A DNA stretch of 64,000 nt from Patescibacteria group bacterium (GCA_004297215.1 SCUM01000002.1:70270-134269); one strand, 5' to 3'. Positions 39,727-51,892 are shown, numbered from the stretch's first letter. A program made the numbers and translations. The notes: a model not told the origin generated them from the letters alone.

Positions 39727-40860
39727 ATGGCCGTTGGGAGAAAAAAGCGGCTGGACGTGGACCTCAGGGAAGAGCCGGGGCATTGGAGCACCCGGATGCC
39801 GCTGTTCGCGCGGCTGTCCGTGAAGGACAAGATCTCCTTCTTCAAGTACCTGGCCGTGATGACCGAGGCCGGGATCCCGCTCGAGAAGGCGCTCATCGCC
39901 ATCCACAACCAGGCGCGCAACGTGGTGATGCACCGCGTGCTGCACATCCTGCTCAACGACGTGGCCTCCGGCGAGTTCCTGTCCATGAGCCTGCGCAAGA
40001 TGCCAAAGATCTTCGAGCCGCTGCACACCGGGCTCGTGGAGGTGGGCGAGAACTCCGGCACGCTCCCCGGCTCGCTCTACCGCATCGCCGAGCAGCTGGA
40101 AAAAAGCAACGACCTCAAGGGCAAGGTGCGTTCCGCCATGCTCTATCCGGTCATCGTCCTGTTGGTCACCGGCGCGGTGGGCGCGTACCTGGTGTTCTTC
40201 CTGCTCCCGCAGATCACCCCGCTGTTCGCCTCGCTCGACGTGGAGCTCCCCTTCGCCACGCGCGCCGTGCTGTACCTGTCCGCCTTCGCGCTGGAGAACG
40301 CCATCCTCCTCTCGGCCCTTGCCGTGGCGTTCGCCGTGGGCTGCGCGCTGCTGCTGCGCGTGCGCTCCGTGCGCCGGGCCGCGGACCGCGCGCTCTTGCT
40401 CGTGCCGGTGCTCGGGCTCCTGATCAAGCGCGTGCAGATCACCCAGTTCGCGAGCGTCACCGGCACGCTCACCAAGTCCGGCATCACCATCGTGGAGGCG
40501 TTCCGCATCGCGAGCTCCACCATGACCAACCTCACGTACCAGGACGCGCTCGCGCGCATCTCCGACGGCCTCCAGGAAGGGGCCAGCATCGGCACCTACC
40601 TCGCCAAGCACCGGGAGCTGTTCCCGCCGTTCGTGACCCAGATGATCAGCGTGGGCGAGGAGACCGGCAAGCTCGACGACAGCTTCCTGTTCATCGCGCA
40701 GTTCTCCGAGAAGGAGGTGGACGAGCAGGTGAAGGCGCTCACCACCGTGCTCGAGCCCCTGCTCATGGTGGTGATCGGCGCCGTGGTGGGGTTCATCGCC
40801 GTGGCCATCATCTCCCCCATCTACGAGATCACCAAAGGCGTGCAGCCGGGCTCGGTATAG
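39727..40860 (+). CDS. pilC: PilC/GspF platform protein
   Basis: GENSG, SAMLYP, GEETGKLD, LEP. Confidence 0.93.
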   Translation: MAVGRKKRLDVDLREEPGHWSTRMPLFARLSVKDKISFFKYLAVMTEAGIPLEKALIAIHNQARNVVMHRVLHILLNDVASGEFLSMSLRKMPKIFEPLHTGLVEVGENSGTLPGSLYRIAEQLEKSNDLKGKVRSAMLYPVIVLLVTGAVGAYLVFFLLPQITPLFASLDVELPFATRAVLYLSAFALENAILLSALAVAFAVGCALLLRVRSVRRAADRALLLVPVLGLLIKRVQITQFASVTGTLTKSGITIVEAFRIASSTMTNLTYQDALARISDGLQEGASIGTYLAKHRELFPPFVTQMISVGEETGKLDDSFLFIAQFSEKEVDEQVKALTTVLEPLLMVVIGAVVGFIAVAIISPIYEITKGVQPGSV

Positions 40861-40861
40861 T

Positions 40862-41311
40862 ATGCCGAAGGGATTCAGCCTGGTGGAGACGATGATCACG
40901 GTCGCCCTGCTGCTTGCGCTCGTGGGCGGCGGCGGGATCCTTTCCGCGCGCTATCTGCGCGGGCGGTACGTGCGCGCGAGCGCCGAGACGCTCCTCTCCG
41001 AGCTGCGCGCGGCCCAGGGCGAGGCACGCGCCCAGCTGGGCGACGCCGCGCACGGGGTGAAGGCGTTCCCGGACCGCGTGGTGCGCTTCACGGGCGACTC
41101 CTACGCCGCGCGCGCGAGCGCGAGCGATGTCACCACCGCCTTGCCTGCCGCGATCGCGATCGAAGGCGCGGACGAGGCCGTCTTCCCCAAAGGCGGCGTC
41201 GCGCCCGCCTCCCCCGCCACCTTCACCTTCTCCGACCCGCATCTGACCGTCGACGTCGCCGTTTCCGCCTATGGACTCATCACGCTCACGCCGCGGCCAA
41301 TCAGCGATTGA
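40862..41311 (+). CDS. Minor pilin/pseudopilin
   Basis: KGFSLVETMI. Confidence 0.88.
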   Translation: MPKGFSLVETMITVALLLALVGGGGILSARYLRGRYVRASAETLLSELRAAQGEARAQLGDAAHGVKAFPDRVVRFTGDSYAARASASDVTTALPAAIAIEGADEAVFPKGGVAPASPATFTFSDPHLTVDVAVSAYGLITLTPRPISD

Positions 41312-42701
41312 GGTGTTGGTGGCCCTCGCCTTGCTGGGCATCTTCGCCACGGCGAGCGCCGTGCTGCTTTCGACCGCCGCGTTCGAGAGCCGCGTCGCGG
41401 GGATGCGCGCGCGCGCGAACGCGCTCCTGCAGGAAGGGTTCGAGGCCGCGCGCCAGGTCCGCGACCAGGATTTCGACCTGCTTGCCGACGGCCCGCACGG
41501 GCTCGCGCTTTCCATGGGGATCTGGTCGTTCGCGGGCACGGAAGACGTGACCGACGGCCGCTTCCACCGCGCCGTGACGGTCGCCGACGCCGGAGCGGGC
41601 ATGAAGGACGTCACCGTGTCCGTATCCTGGACGCCCGTCTCCGGCCGCCCTCTTTCGCTCTCCGGCGTGACGCGCCTCACGGACTGGCGGCTCGCCGACA
41701 CGCCAACGGGCAGCAACTGCTACGATACGCTCGCCACCGGCGACTGGACGCATCCGGTCTCGATCGGGAGCGCGGACCTGGGTCCGGGCAACGCCGGGAC
41801 GGACGTGGTGGTGCGCTACCCGTACGCGTTCGTGAGCGGCGTGGCGTCGAGCGCGAACAAGCCCGACCTGTTCGTCTACGACGTGTCGAACCCGGCCTCT
41901 CCCCAGCTCATCAAGTCCCTCGACATCGGCTCGGACGGGATCAACGCCCTCTCGCTCTCCGGCGATTCCCTCTACGCCGCATCCAGCAACGACGCCAAGG
42001 AGCTGATGGTGTTCGATACCGCGACGCCAGCCACGACCGCGCTCATCGCCACGCTCAACCTTTCCGGCGACGCCGACGCCATCACCGTGCACGCGGTAGG
42101 CGACCTCCTGGTCGTGGGCCGTGCCTTGAGCTCCGCCTCCGAGGTGGTGTTCTACGACGTGGCGAACCCGGCCTCCCCGTCGGGCCTCGCGTCGTTCCAG
42201 GTGGCCGACGCGGTGAACGACTTCGCCAACAGCGAACAGTACCTGTTCGCCGTGAGCGACTCCGAAACCGAGGACGTGACCGTGTTCGACATCACGGACC
42301 CGCTCGTGCCGGCCTGGGCCGCCACCTACGACCTCCCGGACGGCAGCCCGGACTTCAGCGTGGCCTACGAACCGCCCGGCACCCTGTTCATCGGCAACGC
42401 GGCGAGCCAATTCGTCACCGTGGACGCCTCCGACCCGCTCGCCATGCAGATGCTCTCGGCCACCGGCACCGGCGGCGAAGTGCGCGACATGGCCTGCCTG
42501 ACCGGGAACCTCCTGTTCATCGGCACCAACAACTCCACGCAGGAGTTCATGATCCTCGACATCGAGGACCTGGAGGCGATCGGGCAGTATTCCAACCTCA
42601 ACTTCCCGCAGGTGGCAACGGGCGTGGACATCGCCAACGGCCTCGTATACGTGGCCGTGCGCAGCAACGACGCGCTGCGCATCATCGGCCCCGGGCCCTG
42701 A
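41271..42701 (+). CDS. Pilin-like protein with C-terminal LVIVD-type beta-propeller
   Basis: GQSAIEVLV signal; repeated YDVSNPASP/FDITDP units. Confidence 0.85.
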   Translation: MDSSRSRRGQSAIEVLVALALLGIFATASAVLLSTAAFESRVAGMRARANALLQEGFEAARQVRDQDFDLLADGPHGLALSMGIWSFAGTEDVTDGRFHRAVTVADAGAGMKDVTVSVSWTPVSGRPLSLSGVTRLTDWRLADTPTGSNCYDTLATGDWTHPVSIGSADLGPGNAGTDVVVRYPYAFVSGVASSANKPDLFVYDVSNPASPQLIKSLDIGSDGINALSLSGDSLYAASSNDAKELMVFDTATPATTALIATLNLSGDADAITVHAVGDLLVVGRALSSASEVVFYDVANPASPSGLASFQVADAVNDFANSEQYLFAVSDSETEDVTVFDITDPLVPAWAATYDLPDGSPDFSVAYEPPGTLFIGNAASQFVTVDASDPLAMQMLSATGTGGEVRDMACLTGNLLFIGTNNSTQEFMILDIEDLEAIGQYSNLNFPQVATGVDIANGLVYVAVRSNDALRIIGPGP

Positions 42702-42702
42702 T

Positions 42703-43197
42703 ATGAAGGCCTCCACGAAAAACGGGGGGTATTCCCTCATCGGCGTCCTCCTCTACGTGGCCATCGCCTCGGCTTCGCTGTTCGCGCTCGCGAGCCTGTT
42801 CCGATCCGGGCTTGAGACCAGCCAAGACGTGCGGGGCGCGCTCGACCTGCGCGAGGCCATGTCGTTCGCGCTCGACCGCGTGCAGGAACGCCTCGAAGAG
42901 GCGGGTGCCGTCACCACGCCGGGCAGCGGCACGAGCGAGACCCTTTCCATGGACGCCCCGGATCCCTCCGACGCGCCCGTGACCTTCTTCGTCTCCGCCG
43001 GGCGGCTCATGCTGCAGCTGGGCGCGCAGGAAGCGCAGCCGGTGACCCCGGAGGACGTCACGGTCACGGCGTTCACGGCCGAACGCCTGGCCGGATCGCC
43101 CGCGTCCGTACGCGTCACCCTCTCGCTCTCGCGAGGGGCAATCCCGATCCCCGCCGCGCTCACCTCTTCGGTCATCGTCACCTTGCGCTATGACTAG
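42703..43197 (+). CDS. Minor pilin (PilW-like)
   Basis: GYSLIGVLLYVAI. Confidence 0.8.
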   Translation: MKASTKNGGYSLIGVLLYVAIASASLFALASLFRSGLETSQDVRGALDLREAMSFALDRVQERLEEAGAVTTPGSGTSETLSMDAPDPSDAPVTFFVSAGRLMLQLGAQEAQPVTPEDVTVTAFTAERLAGSPASVRVTLSLSRGAIPIPAALTSSVIVTLRYD

Positions 43198-43579
43198 GCA
43201 GGACGGCTACGTGATGCTCATGAACGTGCTCGTGGTGTCGGTCACGCTCATCACCGTGTCCGCGGCCGTGGCGCTCGCGCTCGCGCGCGGCGGCACCCGC
43301 GGCCCCGTGACCGAACGCTCGCGCGCGGCGCAACGCCTGGCCGAGGCGTGCGCCGAAGTGGCGCTCTACGAGCTCCAACAGAGCCCTTCCTACGCCGGGA
43401 ACGAGACCGTGACGATCGGCGGGCTCCCCTGCACGATCCGGCCTGTCATCGCCGGGCCGCCCTTGCGCCTGCAGGCGGAGGCGACCGCCGACCAGGAAAC
43501 CTACCGCATCGAGATCCAGGTCGACGACCCGCAGGGCGTGGGCATCGGGTCGTGGAAACGCGTCGCGACCTTCGACTGA
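43190..43579 (+). CDS. Minor pilin (PilX-like)
   Basis: GYVMLMNVLVV, AEACAE.AL. Confidence 0.8.
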   Translation: MTRQDGYVMLMNVLVVSVTLITVSAAVALALARGGTRGPVTERSRAAQRLAEACAEVALYELQQSPSYAGNETVTIGGLPCTIRPVIAGPPLRLQAEATADQETYRIEIQVDDPQGVGIGSWKRVATFD

Positions 43580-43619
43580 AGACTCCCGCCCTCTTGGGCG
43601 GGAGTCTTTCCCTTGGGAT

Positions 43620-44663
43620 TCAGCGCCGGCGGCGCGTCCGGTCGCCCGTCCCGAGGTACGGCGCGACGGCTTCCTCCTCCACGAGCCCCTCGTCCACGAG
43701 GTCTCCGAGCGCCTTTTCCATGGAAATCATCCCGTCCGCGCGGCCGGTCTGGATGGCCGAGGCGATCTGCTCGACCTTGTTCTCCCTGATGAGGTTGCTT
43801 ACGGCCGCATTGTTGACCAGGATCTCGCGCGCGGCCACGAGCCCGCCCTTCTTGGCCGGCAACAGCGTCTGGGCCACCACGGCGCGCAAGGAGAGCGAAA
43901 GCTGCTGGCGCACCTGTTCCTGCTGCGGGCCGGAAAAGCTGTCCACGATGCGATGGACGGCCTGCGCCGCCGACGAGGTGTGCAGCGTGGAGAAGACGAG
44001 GTGCCCGGTCTCGGCCAACGTGAGCGCCGCGGCGATCGTCTCGGGATCGCGCATCTCGCCCACCATGATCACGTCCGGATCCTGGCGTAAGGCGCGCCGG
44101 AGCGCCTCGGCGAAGCTCGCGGTGTCGGTCCCCACCTCACGCTGCTTCACGAGCCCTTTCCCCTGCGGGAAGACGTATTCGATCGGGTCCTCCAGCGTGA
44201 CGATGTGGCCCCCGCGGCGCTCGTTGATGTCCTGCAGCATGGAGGCGAGCGTGGTGGACTTGCCCGTGCCGGCCGGCCCCGTGATGATGACCAGCCCGTT
44301 GGGAAGGTCCGTGAACGCCTGGATGCTCTCGGGCAATCCCAGCTCCTCGTAGCTCGGGATCTCGTGTGGGATGAGCCGCGCGGCGAAGGCCGGACGCCCC
44401 TGCTCCACGTGCAGGTTCACGCGGAAGCGCGCCTGCGCGGTGTCAAACGCGAAATCCTCCTCGTGGGAGGCCGTGAACCGCTTCCAATGCGCCTCGCCCG
44501 CGATCTCGCGCGCGAGCGTCTCCACCGCCTTGCCCGTGAGCTCCGGAGCCTTGAGCGGCACCAATTCCCCGTCCACGCGCAACATCGGCGGGTGCCCCGC
44601 CGCAAGATGCACGTCCGACGCTTTCCGCTTGACCGCCTCCTTGAGGAGAGCCTCCATCCCCAT
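43620..44663 (-). CDS. pilT: Type IV pilus retraction ATPase
   Basis: ASDVH, GPAGTGKSTT, ALRQDPD, VSNLIRE. Confidence 0.95.
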   Translation of the reverse strand: MGMEALLKEAVKRKASDVHLAAGHPPMLRVDGELVPLKAPELTGKAVETLAREIAGEAHWKRFTASHEEDFAFDTAQARFRVNLHVEQGRPAFAARLIPHEIPSYEELGLPESIQAFTDLPNGLVIITGPAGTGKSTTLASMLQDINERRGGHIVTLEDPIEYVFPQGKGLVKQREVGTDTASFAEALRRALRQDPDVIMVGEMRDPETIAAALTLAETGHLVFSTLHTSSAAQAVHRIVDSFSGPQQEQVRQQLSLSLRAVVAQTLLPAKKGGLVAAREILVNNAAVSNLIRENKVEQIASAIQTGRADGMISMEKALGDLVDEGLVEEEAVAPYLGTGDRTRRRR

Positions 44664-44675
44664 ATCGGTCCCATC

Positions 44676-45365
44676 TTACCACCCTTTCGCCTTGATGGCC
44701 GCCTCGGCCGCGGCGACTTGGGCTTCTTGCTTGCTCGTGCCCATGCCGGAGGCGATCAGGTCTTTCCCCACGAACACGCCCACCTCGAAGTTCTTGGCGT
44801 GGTCGGGTCCCGCCTCGGAAATCACCTTATAGTTGGGCGTGACGCCCAGCTTTTCCTGCGCGGCCTCCTGGAACCGGCTCTTGGGGTCGACGTACAGGCG
44901 GTGCTCCAGGATGTTGGGGAGCTCGGAAAGCACCGTCTTGGTGACGAACGTCTTGGCCGACTCCCAGCCATGGTCGAGGTAGATGGCGCCGATGAGCGCC
45001 TCGAAGGCGTTCGCCAGGATGTAGCGCCGCGCCTTGCTGCCCGCGTCCTTGCTTTCGCCGCGCGAGAGGAACAGGTGCTCCTCCACGCCCAGGCGCGCGC
45101 AAATGCCGGAAAGCATGTCGGCGTTCACGAGCGCCGCGCGCCAGTTGGTGAGCTCCCCTTCGGGGTTCTCGTAATTGGCGTACAGGTATTCCGTGACGAC
45201 CAGCTCGAGCACGGCATCGCCCAAGAACTCCAGGCGTTCGTTCTGCCCGATCGGGAAATCCGGATGCTCGTTCAGGTAACTGCGGTGAACCAGCGCTTGG
45301 CGCAACGTGTCCTTGTCCTTGAACGTCACGCCCAAGGCTCGTTCGAGCTTTTCAAGTTCAGCCAT
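44676..45365 (-). CDS. rnc: Ribonuclease III
   Basis: NERLEFLGDAVL; dsRBD. Confidence 0.98.
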   Translation of the reverse strand: MAELEKLERALGVTFKDKDTLRQALVHRSYLNEHPDFPIGQNERLEFLGDAVLELVVTEYLYANYENPEGELTNWRAALVNADMLSGICARLGVEEHLFLSRGESKDAGSKARRYILANAFEALIGAIYLDHGWESAKTFVTKTVLSELPNILEHRLYVDPKSRFQEAAQEKLGVTPNYKVISEAGPDHAKNFEVGVFVGKDLIASGMGTSKQEAQVAAAEAAIKAKGW

Positions 45366-45384
45366 AGTCTCATCCAGTCGTCCA

Positions 45385-45888
45385 TTACTTTTCCTGACCA
45401 CCCGCCATAGCTCCATCAGGAGCGGCGGCGGGCTTCACCGGACTCGCCTTATCCACCTCCTTGATCTCCCCTTTGGCGATCATGTCCTTGTAGATCGCTC
45501 CGAGCACCCCGTTCACGAACCGTCCCGACGCTTCGCCGCCGAACCCCTTGGCAAGCTCGATCGCCTCGTTGATCGCCACCTTGCTCGGCACCGTCTTCGA
45601 GAACTTGAGCTCGTACACGCCTATGCGCAAGACGTTGCGGTCGACCACCGTGATGGTCTCCACCGGCCACTCCGGCGCGAAGGAAGTGATGATGCCGTCG
45701 ATGTCCGCGATGCGCGCGAGCACCCCTTCCACCAGTTCCCTGATGAACCCCTCGTCCTCGAAGTTGGGCGCGAACTCCCCCTTGCAGAACGCCATGATCT
45801 CCGGCACGCGTTCCATGGGCTTGCCGTTGAAATCCCACTGGTACAGGGTCTGCATGGCGATGGTCCGCGCGAGATGGCGATTGGACAT
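45385..45888 (-). CDS. nusB: Transcription antitermination factor NusB
   Basis: [25 protein letters not shown]. Confidence 0.97.
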   Translation of the reverse strand: MSNRHLARTIAMQTLYQWDFNGKPMERVPEIMAFCKGEFAPNFEDEGFIRELVEGVLARIADIDGIITSFAPEWPVETITVVDRNVLRIGVYELKFSKTVPSKVAINEAIELAKGFGGEASGRFVNGVLGAIYKDMIAKGEIKEVDKASPVKPAAAPDGAMAGGQEK

Positions 45889-45945
45889 AGGATGAGGGGA
45901 TTGTAACAGAAAGACGCTGATCCTGTCAGACCAGCGCCCTCTCCG

Positions 45946-46227
45946 TTACGTGTGATCGTGGCCTTCGTGCTCATCCTTGGCCTCGGCCTTGGCCGTCTTC
46001 TGGGCGGCCGGGGCGGCGGCGCGGGCCTTTTTGACGAGACGCTTTGCCGCGCGCGTCTTGTCGACGACGATGCGCCCGCCATAGCTGCCGCAGCCCTTGC
46101 AGGCGCGATGCGGGGCCACGGGCGCCTTGCAATTCGCACAGGTGGCAAGGGTCACCTTCTTCATCGCGAAATGCGCGGCGCGGCGGCGCTTATGCGATGA
46201 AGTCCGACGATGTCCAGGAAGGCCCAT
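45946..46227 (-). CDS. rpmF: 50S ribosomal protein L32 with C-terminal extension
   Basis: CANC..PHRACKGCGSY zinc ribbon. Confidence 0.93.
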   Translation of the reverse strand: MGLPGHRRTSSHKRRRAAHFAMKKVTLATCANCKAPVAPHRACKGCGSYGGRIVVDKTRAAKRLVKKARAAAPAAQKTAKAEAKDEHEGHDHT

Positions 46228-46290
46228 AGGAAGGGAAAATCAATGCGCGGATGGTAACAAAGGCGTTCCCGTACGTCAACCCATCCTTTA

Positions 46291-46428
46291 TAAAAACTTG
46301 AAAACTTGAAAACTTGAAGGACCAAAGGTCCATGAAAAGGACGAAGGGATAAAGGATGAAATATCAACCTTCATCCTTCAACCTTTCCGTCACCCTTTGG
46401 TTCTTCAAGATTTGGTTCTTCAAGTTTT
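46291..46428. repeat. Octamer-type short tandem and inverted repeats
   Basis: (AAAACTTG)x3; TTGGTTCTTCAAG units also at ~55794-55820. Confidence 0.65.
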
Positions 46429-47433
46429 CGTCTCAGACGGGGCCTTCCAGACCTCCCGGCAGAACGGCACCGGGTCGCTTCCCAAGGTCTCGATGCGCCG
46501 GGCGTTGCTTTCGAACAGCTTCATGTGGGTGGTGAGCCCGTGCAGCAGGTAATGCCGCTCGAGCCAGGTGGCGTGGAAGCAGTCGATCATGAACATGCGC
46601 ATCCCGTTCACGAACTCCTCGAAGGACATCGGGTATTTCGACCGGTACGCGGCGAGGAACAGCTGCGCGTGGCGGATGTTCCGTTCCTCCAACCCGTCGT
46701 CGCAGCAGTTGATGAGCACGCTGCGCGCGAGCTCGAACGCGCGCGGGCCGAAGCTGACGCGCTCGAAGTCGAACACCTGGCTCACGCGCCCGTCCGGGGC
46801 GAGGAACACGTTCGTGTAGATGAAATCGCCGTGCAGGAGATGGTAGGGGGACAGGGGAAAGTCCTGCGGGGTGAGCGTGTTGGTCGCGACGAACGCGGCT
46901 TTGCGTTCGAGCACGTCGGCCATGCGCCGCTCCACGCTCCCGAGCGGCTTGCGCCGGTTGAGCGCGTGCATGAGCTCGGCATACTCGAGCTCGAACGCGT
47001 CGCGGTCCCACATCCATCGCACCTGGAACGTCCGGCGCGCGACGTCGCGGCCGGAAAGGTGGATCTGCGCGAGCGTCTCCCCGAGCGACACGACGGTCGC
47101 GTCGCTCATGGTGGCGGGATCCGCCTTCGCCTCCTCGACGTAGGGGAACAGGCTGTACCAGTAGTTGTCGAACCAGAACGCCGTGCGCCCGAACGCGTCC
47201 TTTATGGGGAGCACGACCGGCACCCCGTGGCTCGAGAAATACCGCTCGGCGAACTTGATGTCCGGCACCCATTGGCGCAGGTGGTTCTGGTACTGCTTCA
47301 AAAAGAAACTTCCGGCGCTCGTTCGCAGCCGGAAGTTCTGGCACGTGTATCCGCCATGGACCGGTTCGCACGCAAGGACCGGCCCCAACGAGAACAGCTC
47401 ATGGAGCCGCTCAGAGAGTCCCTCCAGGCGCAT
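46420..47433 (-). CDS. APH/homoserine-kinase type II-like phosphotransferase
   Basis: FFLKQY, LHGDFIYTNV, FDFE. Confidence 0.85.
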   Translation of the reverse strand: MRLEGLSERLHELFSLGPVLACEPVHGGYTCQNFRLRTSAGSFFLKQYQNHLRQWVPDIKFAERYFSSHGVPVVLPIKDAFGRTAFWFDNYWYSLFPYVEEAKADPATMSDATVVSLGETLAQIHLSGRDVARRTFQVRWMWDRDAFELEYAELMHALNRRKPLGSVERRMADVLERKAAFVATNTLTPQDFPLSPYHLLHGDFIYTNVFLAPDGRVSQVFDFERVSFGPRAFELARSVLINCCDDGLEERNIRHAQLFLAAYRSKYPMSFEEFVNGMRMFMIDCFHATWLERHYLLHGLTTHMKLFESNARRIETLGSDPVPFCREVWKAPSETKT

Positions 47434-47507
47434 TGGGGTTGATCCCGGCATACAGGTCGGGCCTGATGCAGCCATTAGGCCCGGCGTGCCCCGGACGTGT
47501 CAAGGGC

Positions 47508-49991
<2,484 letters not shown>

Positions 49992-49994
49992 AGC

Positions 49995-50381
49995 TTACGG
50001 GGTCGTCGTTGCGGGTGAATCATGCGTCGGTGCCGACGCGGCTTCCGCCGGGAGCGCCAAGGAATCCTTCATGGCTTGCGCCGCTTTCTGGAGGAGCGCG
50101 TCTTCCGGCGGAGGTTCCGTCGTCGCCGGCTCTGGCGCCGGAGCCGGCTTGAACGCCTGGCGCATCGCCTCGCGATCCGCGGCCGTCTTGTCGGCGATCT
50201 CCTGCGCCGCCCTAGAGGCCTGGACGAGCCCCTCCTGCGCCGCCGCGAACCCTTCCTGCAGCGAGCGCCCGACCGTCGCGACCCATCCCACGGCGATGGC
50301 CGCCGACACGAGCACGACGCAAGCCGCAATGATGCGGCGCGTCCTGGCAGGGATGGGGCGGACGTAGACGTGGTGAGGCAT
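49995..50381 (-). CDS. Hypothetical membrane-anchored protein
   Basis: Single TM; packed between operon genes. Confidence 0.7.
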   Translation of the reverse strand: MPHHVYVRPIPARTRRIIAACVVLVSAAIAVGWVATVGRSLQEGFAAAQEGLVQASRAAQEIADKTAADREAMRQAFKPAPAPEPATTEPPPEDALLQKAAQAMKDSLALPAEAASAPTHDSPATTTP

Positions 50382-50383
50382 AC

Positions 50384-51007
50384 CTATCTCGTCAGGACCA
50401 CAAGCAACATGTCCTCCTGCGGGAGGTCCTTCTTGGTCACCTTATACTTGCCGGTCTCCTCCTTGCGCGCGGCGCCGAGCGCCTTCACGAAGACCGAGAG
50501 GTCGTCGAGCTTCTCCTTGAGGCCGTCCACGGCATAGGTCATGGGAATCACCACGCGCGGTTCGACGGCCGCCACCAGCTCGGCCGCCTTCTTGCCGTCG
50601 AGCACGCGCCCTGCGCCCACCGGCACCATCAGGATGTCCACCTTCTGCAATTTCTCGAGCTCCTCATTGGTGAGCTCGCGGTCAAGGCTCCCGAGATGCG
50701 CCACGACCATATCCTCGCTCTCAAGCCGCGTGATGAGCGTTGTCCCGGACTTCGTCGGAGCCGCCGTACAATACGCGAACACCCCTTTCACCTCGAACTC
50801 GCCCGGCATGTCCACCACGAACGGATGGTTGCCAAGCGACGCCGTGTTATCCGCCCCCTTCCCGCTCACGGTAACCATGTGCGCCTCCATGCTGCGGGTA
50901 CGCAAACCCGTCGATGGATCGTACGGGTCCATCACGACGGTCACTTCGCCCACGCTCGTCTTCGTGACGATCTCAAAACAGCTCAATCCATGCCAGGAAA
51001 TCTGCAT
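50384..51007 (-). CDS. MBL-fold protein (degenerate metal motif)
   Basis: ISWHGLSCF, PGEFEVKG, HLG, DILMVPVG, EPRVVIPM. Confidence 0.85.
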   Translation of the reverse strand: MQISWHGLSCFEIVTKTSVGEVTVVMDPYDPSTGLRTRSMEAHMVTVSGKGADNTASLGNHPFVVDMPGEFEVKGVFAYCTAAPTKSGTTLITRLESEDMVVAHLGSLDRELTNEELEKLQKVDILMVPVGAGRVLDGKKAAELVAAVEPRVVIPMTYAVDGLKEKLDDLSVFVKALGAARKEETGKYKVTKKDLPQEDMLLVVLTR

Positions 51008-51142
51008 ATTTCAACCGAATCGGAGGGTCATTCCAGGCAAAATCTTACCATGGGGATGGTGTGGAAACAAGGGCAAAAACCCTCGGACGAACCGAGGGTT
51101 TTTGCATCCCGGGCCCGAGCATATGCTCGGCCCCCTCTCAGG

Positions 51143-51219
51143 TGGTGGATCCAGCGGGAATCGAACCCGCATCTCGGGGTGGCAAACCTCGCGAGGTTAG
51201 CCATTACCTCCATGGACCC
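51143..51219 (-). tRNA. Atypical tRNA-Ala(TGC)-like gene
   Basis: 77-nt cloverleaf, GGGTCCA/TGGATCC with G3:U70, A73, CCA; loop TTTGCCA (C37); A-C mismatch in anticodon stem. Confidence 0.7.
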
Positions 51220-51245
51220 CTGATCCAGCCCGGGATTTTTCGTAC

Positions 51246-51332
51246 AAAAAACTCCCCGATGGCCCGTTTAAGCCGGAAGGGAGTCCCTTGTTGCCACCCC
51301 GATGGGTCCTGACTCGGACCTCGCAAGGTTGC
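51246..51332 (-). promoter_or_regulatory. T-box-like antiterminator/terminator leader
   Basis: GG-TGGCAAC-AAGGG-ACT-CCCTT-CC overlapping ACTCCC...GGGAGT-TTTTT; TTGACA at 51360-51365. Confidence 0.45.
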
Positions 51333-51394
51333 GTGTATTTAATCACGGAAACGGCTTTTTGTCAAAGCCTGTTCTGTGGAAAACTAGCGGGCGG

Positions 51395-51892
51395 TCAGGC
51401 CACTGCGGACCGCATTACCCAGTCGCTCCTCAACTTGATGCAGGCGGCCACAATGATGGCAATTTCCGCCAAGAACGTCCAATGAAGCAAGAAACTCCAT
51501 ACCCAGAATGCCTGCGTAGCTGGAACCGTTACGAGAAAAGACACCTTGTCTGAAAAAGGGTATAGCCAAGCGATACCGCCTACGAATGTGTCGAGAACAA
51601 AGTGGAGCATTATGTTTGAGAACACGATGCCAACAATCACCATCGCCTTCCGATTCCTCAAGAGGAGGGCGAGCGAGGCACAGACCCCCAAAATGGCGAG
51701 CCAGACGATCGGCACATGCGTCCAATATTCATGATGGAGCGTTTGACGATGATCGATAAAATAGAAATATAAGATGTCGATGTCGGGAAAAATGCTTGCC
51801 ACTAACCCGATCCAAAGGAACGAACGAACCTTTGTCCTATCCTGGATCCAACGTGTCAGCAAATAGCCGGCAGGCAAATGCGCGATGAACAT
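51395..51892 (-). CDS. YdjM-like metal-dependent membrane hydrolase
   Basis: AHLPAGY, PDID, HHEYWTH, HFVLD, WLYPF. Confidence 0.88.
   Translation of the reverse strand: MFIAHLPAGYLLTRWIQDRTKVRSFLWIGLVASIFPDIDILYFYFIDHRQTLHHEYWTHVPIVWLAILGVCASLALLLRNRKAMVIVGIVFSNIMLHFVLDTFVGGIAWLYPFSDKVSFLVTVPATQAFWVWSFLLHWTFLAEIAIIVAACIKLRSDWVMRSAVA

Noticed and set aside
51280-51316. SRP RNA helix 8 resemblance (GTCAGG-ACCC-ATCG-GGGT-GGCAAC)
   Set aside because: Lacks the GNRA loop and AGCAG motif and has no long closing helix; kept only as an alternative to test.
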